A DNA stretch of 62,083 bases, filler included, from Catajapyx aquilonaris (lineage: Eukaryota), in assembly GCA_000934665.2 (NCBI GenBank). It is 2 parts of 2 records of this genome, joined end to end, with 100 filler letters (N's around TTAATTAATTAA, not from the genome) between each part and the next. Parts side by side here need not be neighbours in the genome. Positions count along the whole stretch, not along the records: positions 31,090 to 62,083 come from JYFJ02004598.1; 1 more part is not named here. One strand, written 5' to 3'. The translations under genes were made by a program, and so were the position numbers. Under the pieces are notes generated by a model. It worked only from the letters and a program-made list of their open reading frames with translations, searched no databases and was not told where the DNA came from. Numbering within the stretch: the first letter of the stretch is position 1; every line of letters starts with the position of its first letter. Of the stretch, positions 61,209 through 62,083 are shown in pieces.

Positions 61209-61332
61209 TTGAGCTTTAAGAGTGGCTGCAATATCCTGAAGAACCAGGCTAGGTGGACCCCATGATTTTGTCTCAAATTCAGCACTTCCACTTTCCAACT
61301 CAGCTGTTGTGTCACAGTATAAATATATTGAC
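61209..61332 (-). CDS. PNP_UDP-like protein, internal exon
   Basis: caacag|G...CAA|gtgagt, 124 nt, phase 2 to 0; SIYLYCDTTAELESGSAEFETKSWGPPSLVLQDIAATLKAQ; phase fits the next exon. Confidence 0.85.
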
Positions 61333-61558
61333 CTGTTGAATGGAAATGTGTGAACCACAGACTACACAGGAGATGCTTCTTACTATGTTCTGGGCACAAA
61401 TCAGCCATGAAAACTTCCTGCCCAAATGTCTCGAAAGTGAACCAGCTCAGTTGCTATGCAGATAGCAAGTGTTTAGATTCACTTCCTTCTCCAGCTTGAC
61501 TTCTCTCTCCATTACACAACAACTTGGCCTTTAGTGGTCACCATTTTCAACTCAACAT

Positions 61559-62083
61559 GGGTCATTCCATGTCAGTTGGGCCCCCTTTGTACCCTTGATG
61601 TGGCGGATTTGAATGATATTCACAGGTTATGGTGACCTAGCACTGCTAAAACATTGTACCAAATCGTTTTGAAATATTTTGATTTTTACCTGTTTTTTGG
61701 GGCGTGGTAATTTTGAGCCTTTTCTTTGAGAGCAATTTTTCTTTTGGCTGTTTCTCCGCAACTAATCGTGAGACAGATGTGGTTTTGATATCAATTTACT
61801 CACAAGGGAAGGTCACGAGGTGATAATGACGGATCTTGATGAAATTGGACATGCTAATAGAGGACAATATATGATGCCCAAAAATGAAATATTTCGTGCT
61901 GACGTCCATATTAGCAAAAGTTATGACGTCTTAAAGTTCCAAAAATAATACATTTTCATACTCCATGGGATTACATTAGCGACCACATATAATGACATTG
62001 AAGTGTGTAATCAGTTTCTAGACCTTTTCTCATTCTTTCAGGGAGCATGTGAATCGATATATCGTAACCTAGACAACATATCG
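61559..62083. mobile_element. Probable left end of a DNA transposon running off the window
   Basis: AT|GGGTCATTCCAT start, similar to the inverted end ...ATGGAACCACCC at about 2761 and AT|GGGGCATTCC at about 12461; only one end is visible. Confidence 0.4.

Overview
Repeat-rich eukaryotic DNA, most likely from an arthropod (probably a hemimetabolous insect; inferred, not proven). It appears to be two contigs joined by an artificial 100-bp linker (44 N + TTAATTAATTAA + 44 N, 30990-31089). The left part carries ten phase-consistent minus-strand coding exons of ANAPC1 (APC1) between 26186 and 6290; I could not find the first coding exon or the exons downstream of 6290. The right part carries the last three minus-strand coding exons (61332-56478) of a nucleoside phosphorylase-fold (PNP_UDP-like) gene, followed by about 15 kb of CpG-poor sequence that may be a very long 3' UTR. 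Introns and intergenic DNA are packed with non-autonomous DNA transposons and foldback MITEs (Tc1/mariner/pogo, piggyBac, hAT, Harbinger, ISL2EU-like, Kolobok-like), decayed mariner transposases and several tRNA-derived SINE families, often nested and with recognisable target-site duplications (TSDs). Best leads: the PNP-fold gene resembling the fungal-NLR/Cap17 nucleosidase clade; a chain of three TTAA-targeting elements, one with a truncated THAP ORF; a GAG 3' splice site in ANAPC1; and a SINE family with a telomere-template-like AACCTAACCT. I recognised no rRNA, functional tRNA, snRNA or CRISPR array. Superfamily and orthology calls rest on termini, TSDs and remembered motifs, not on database searches.
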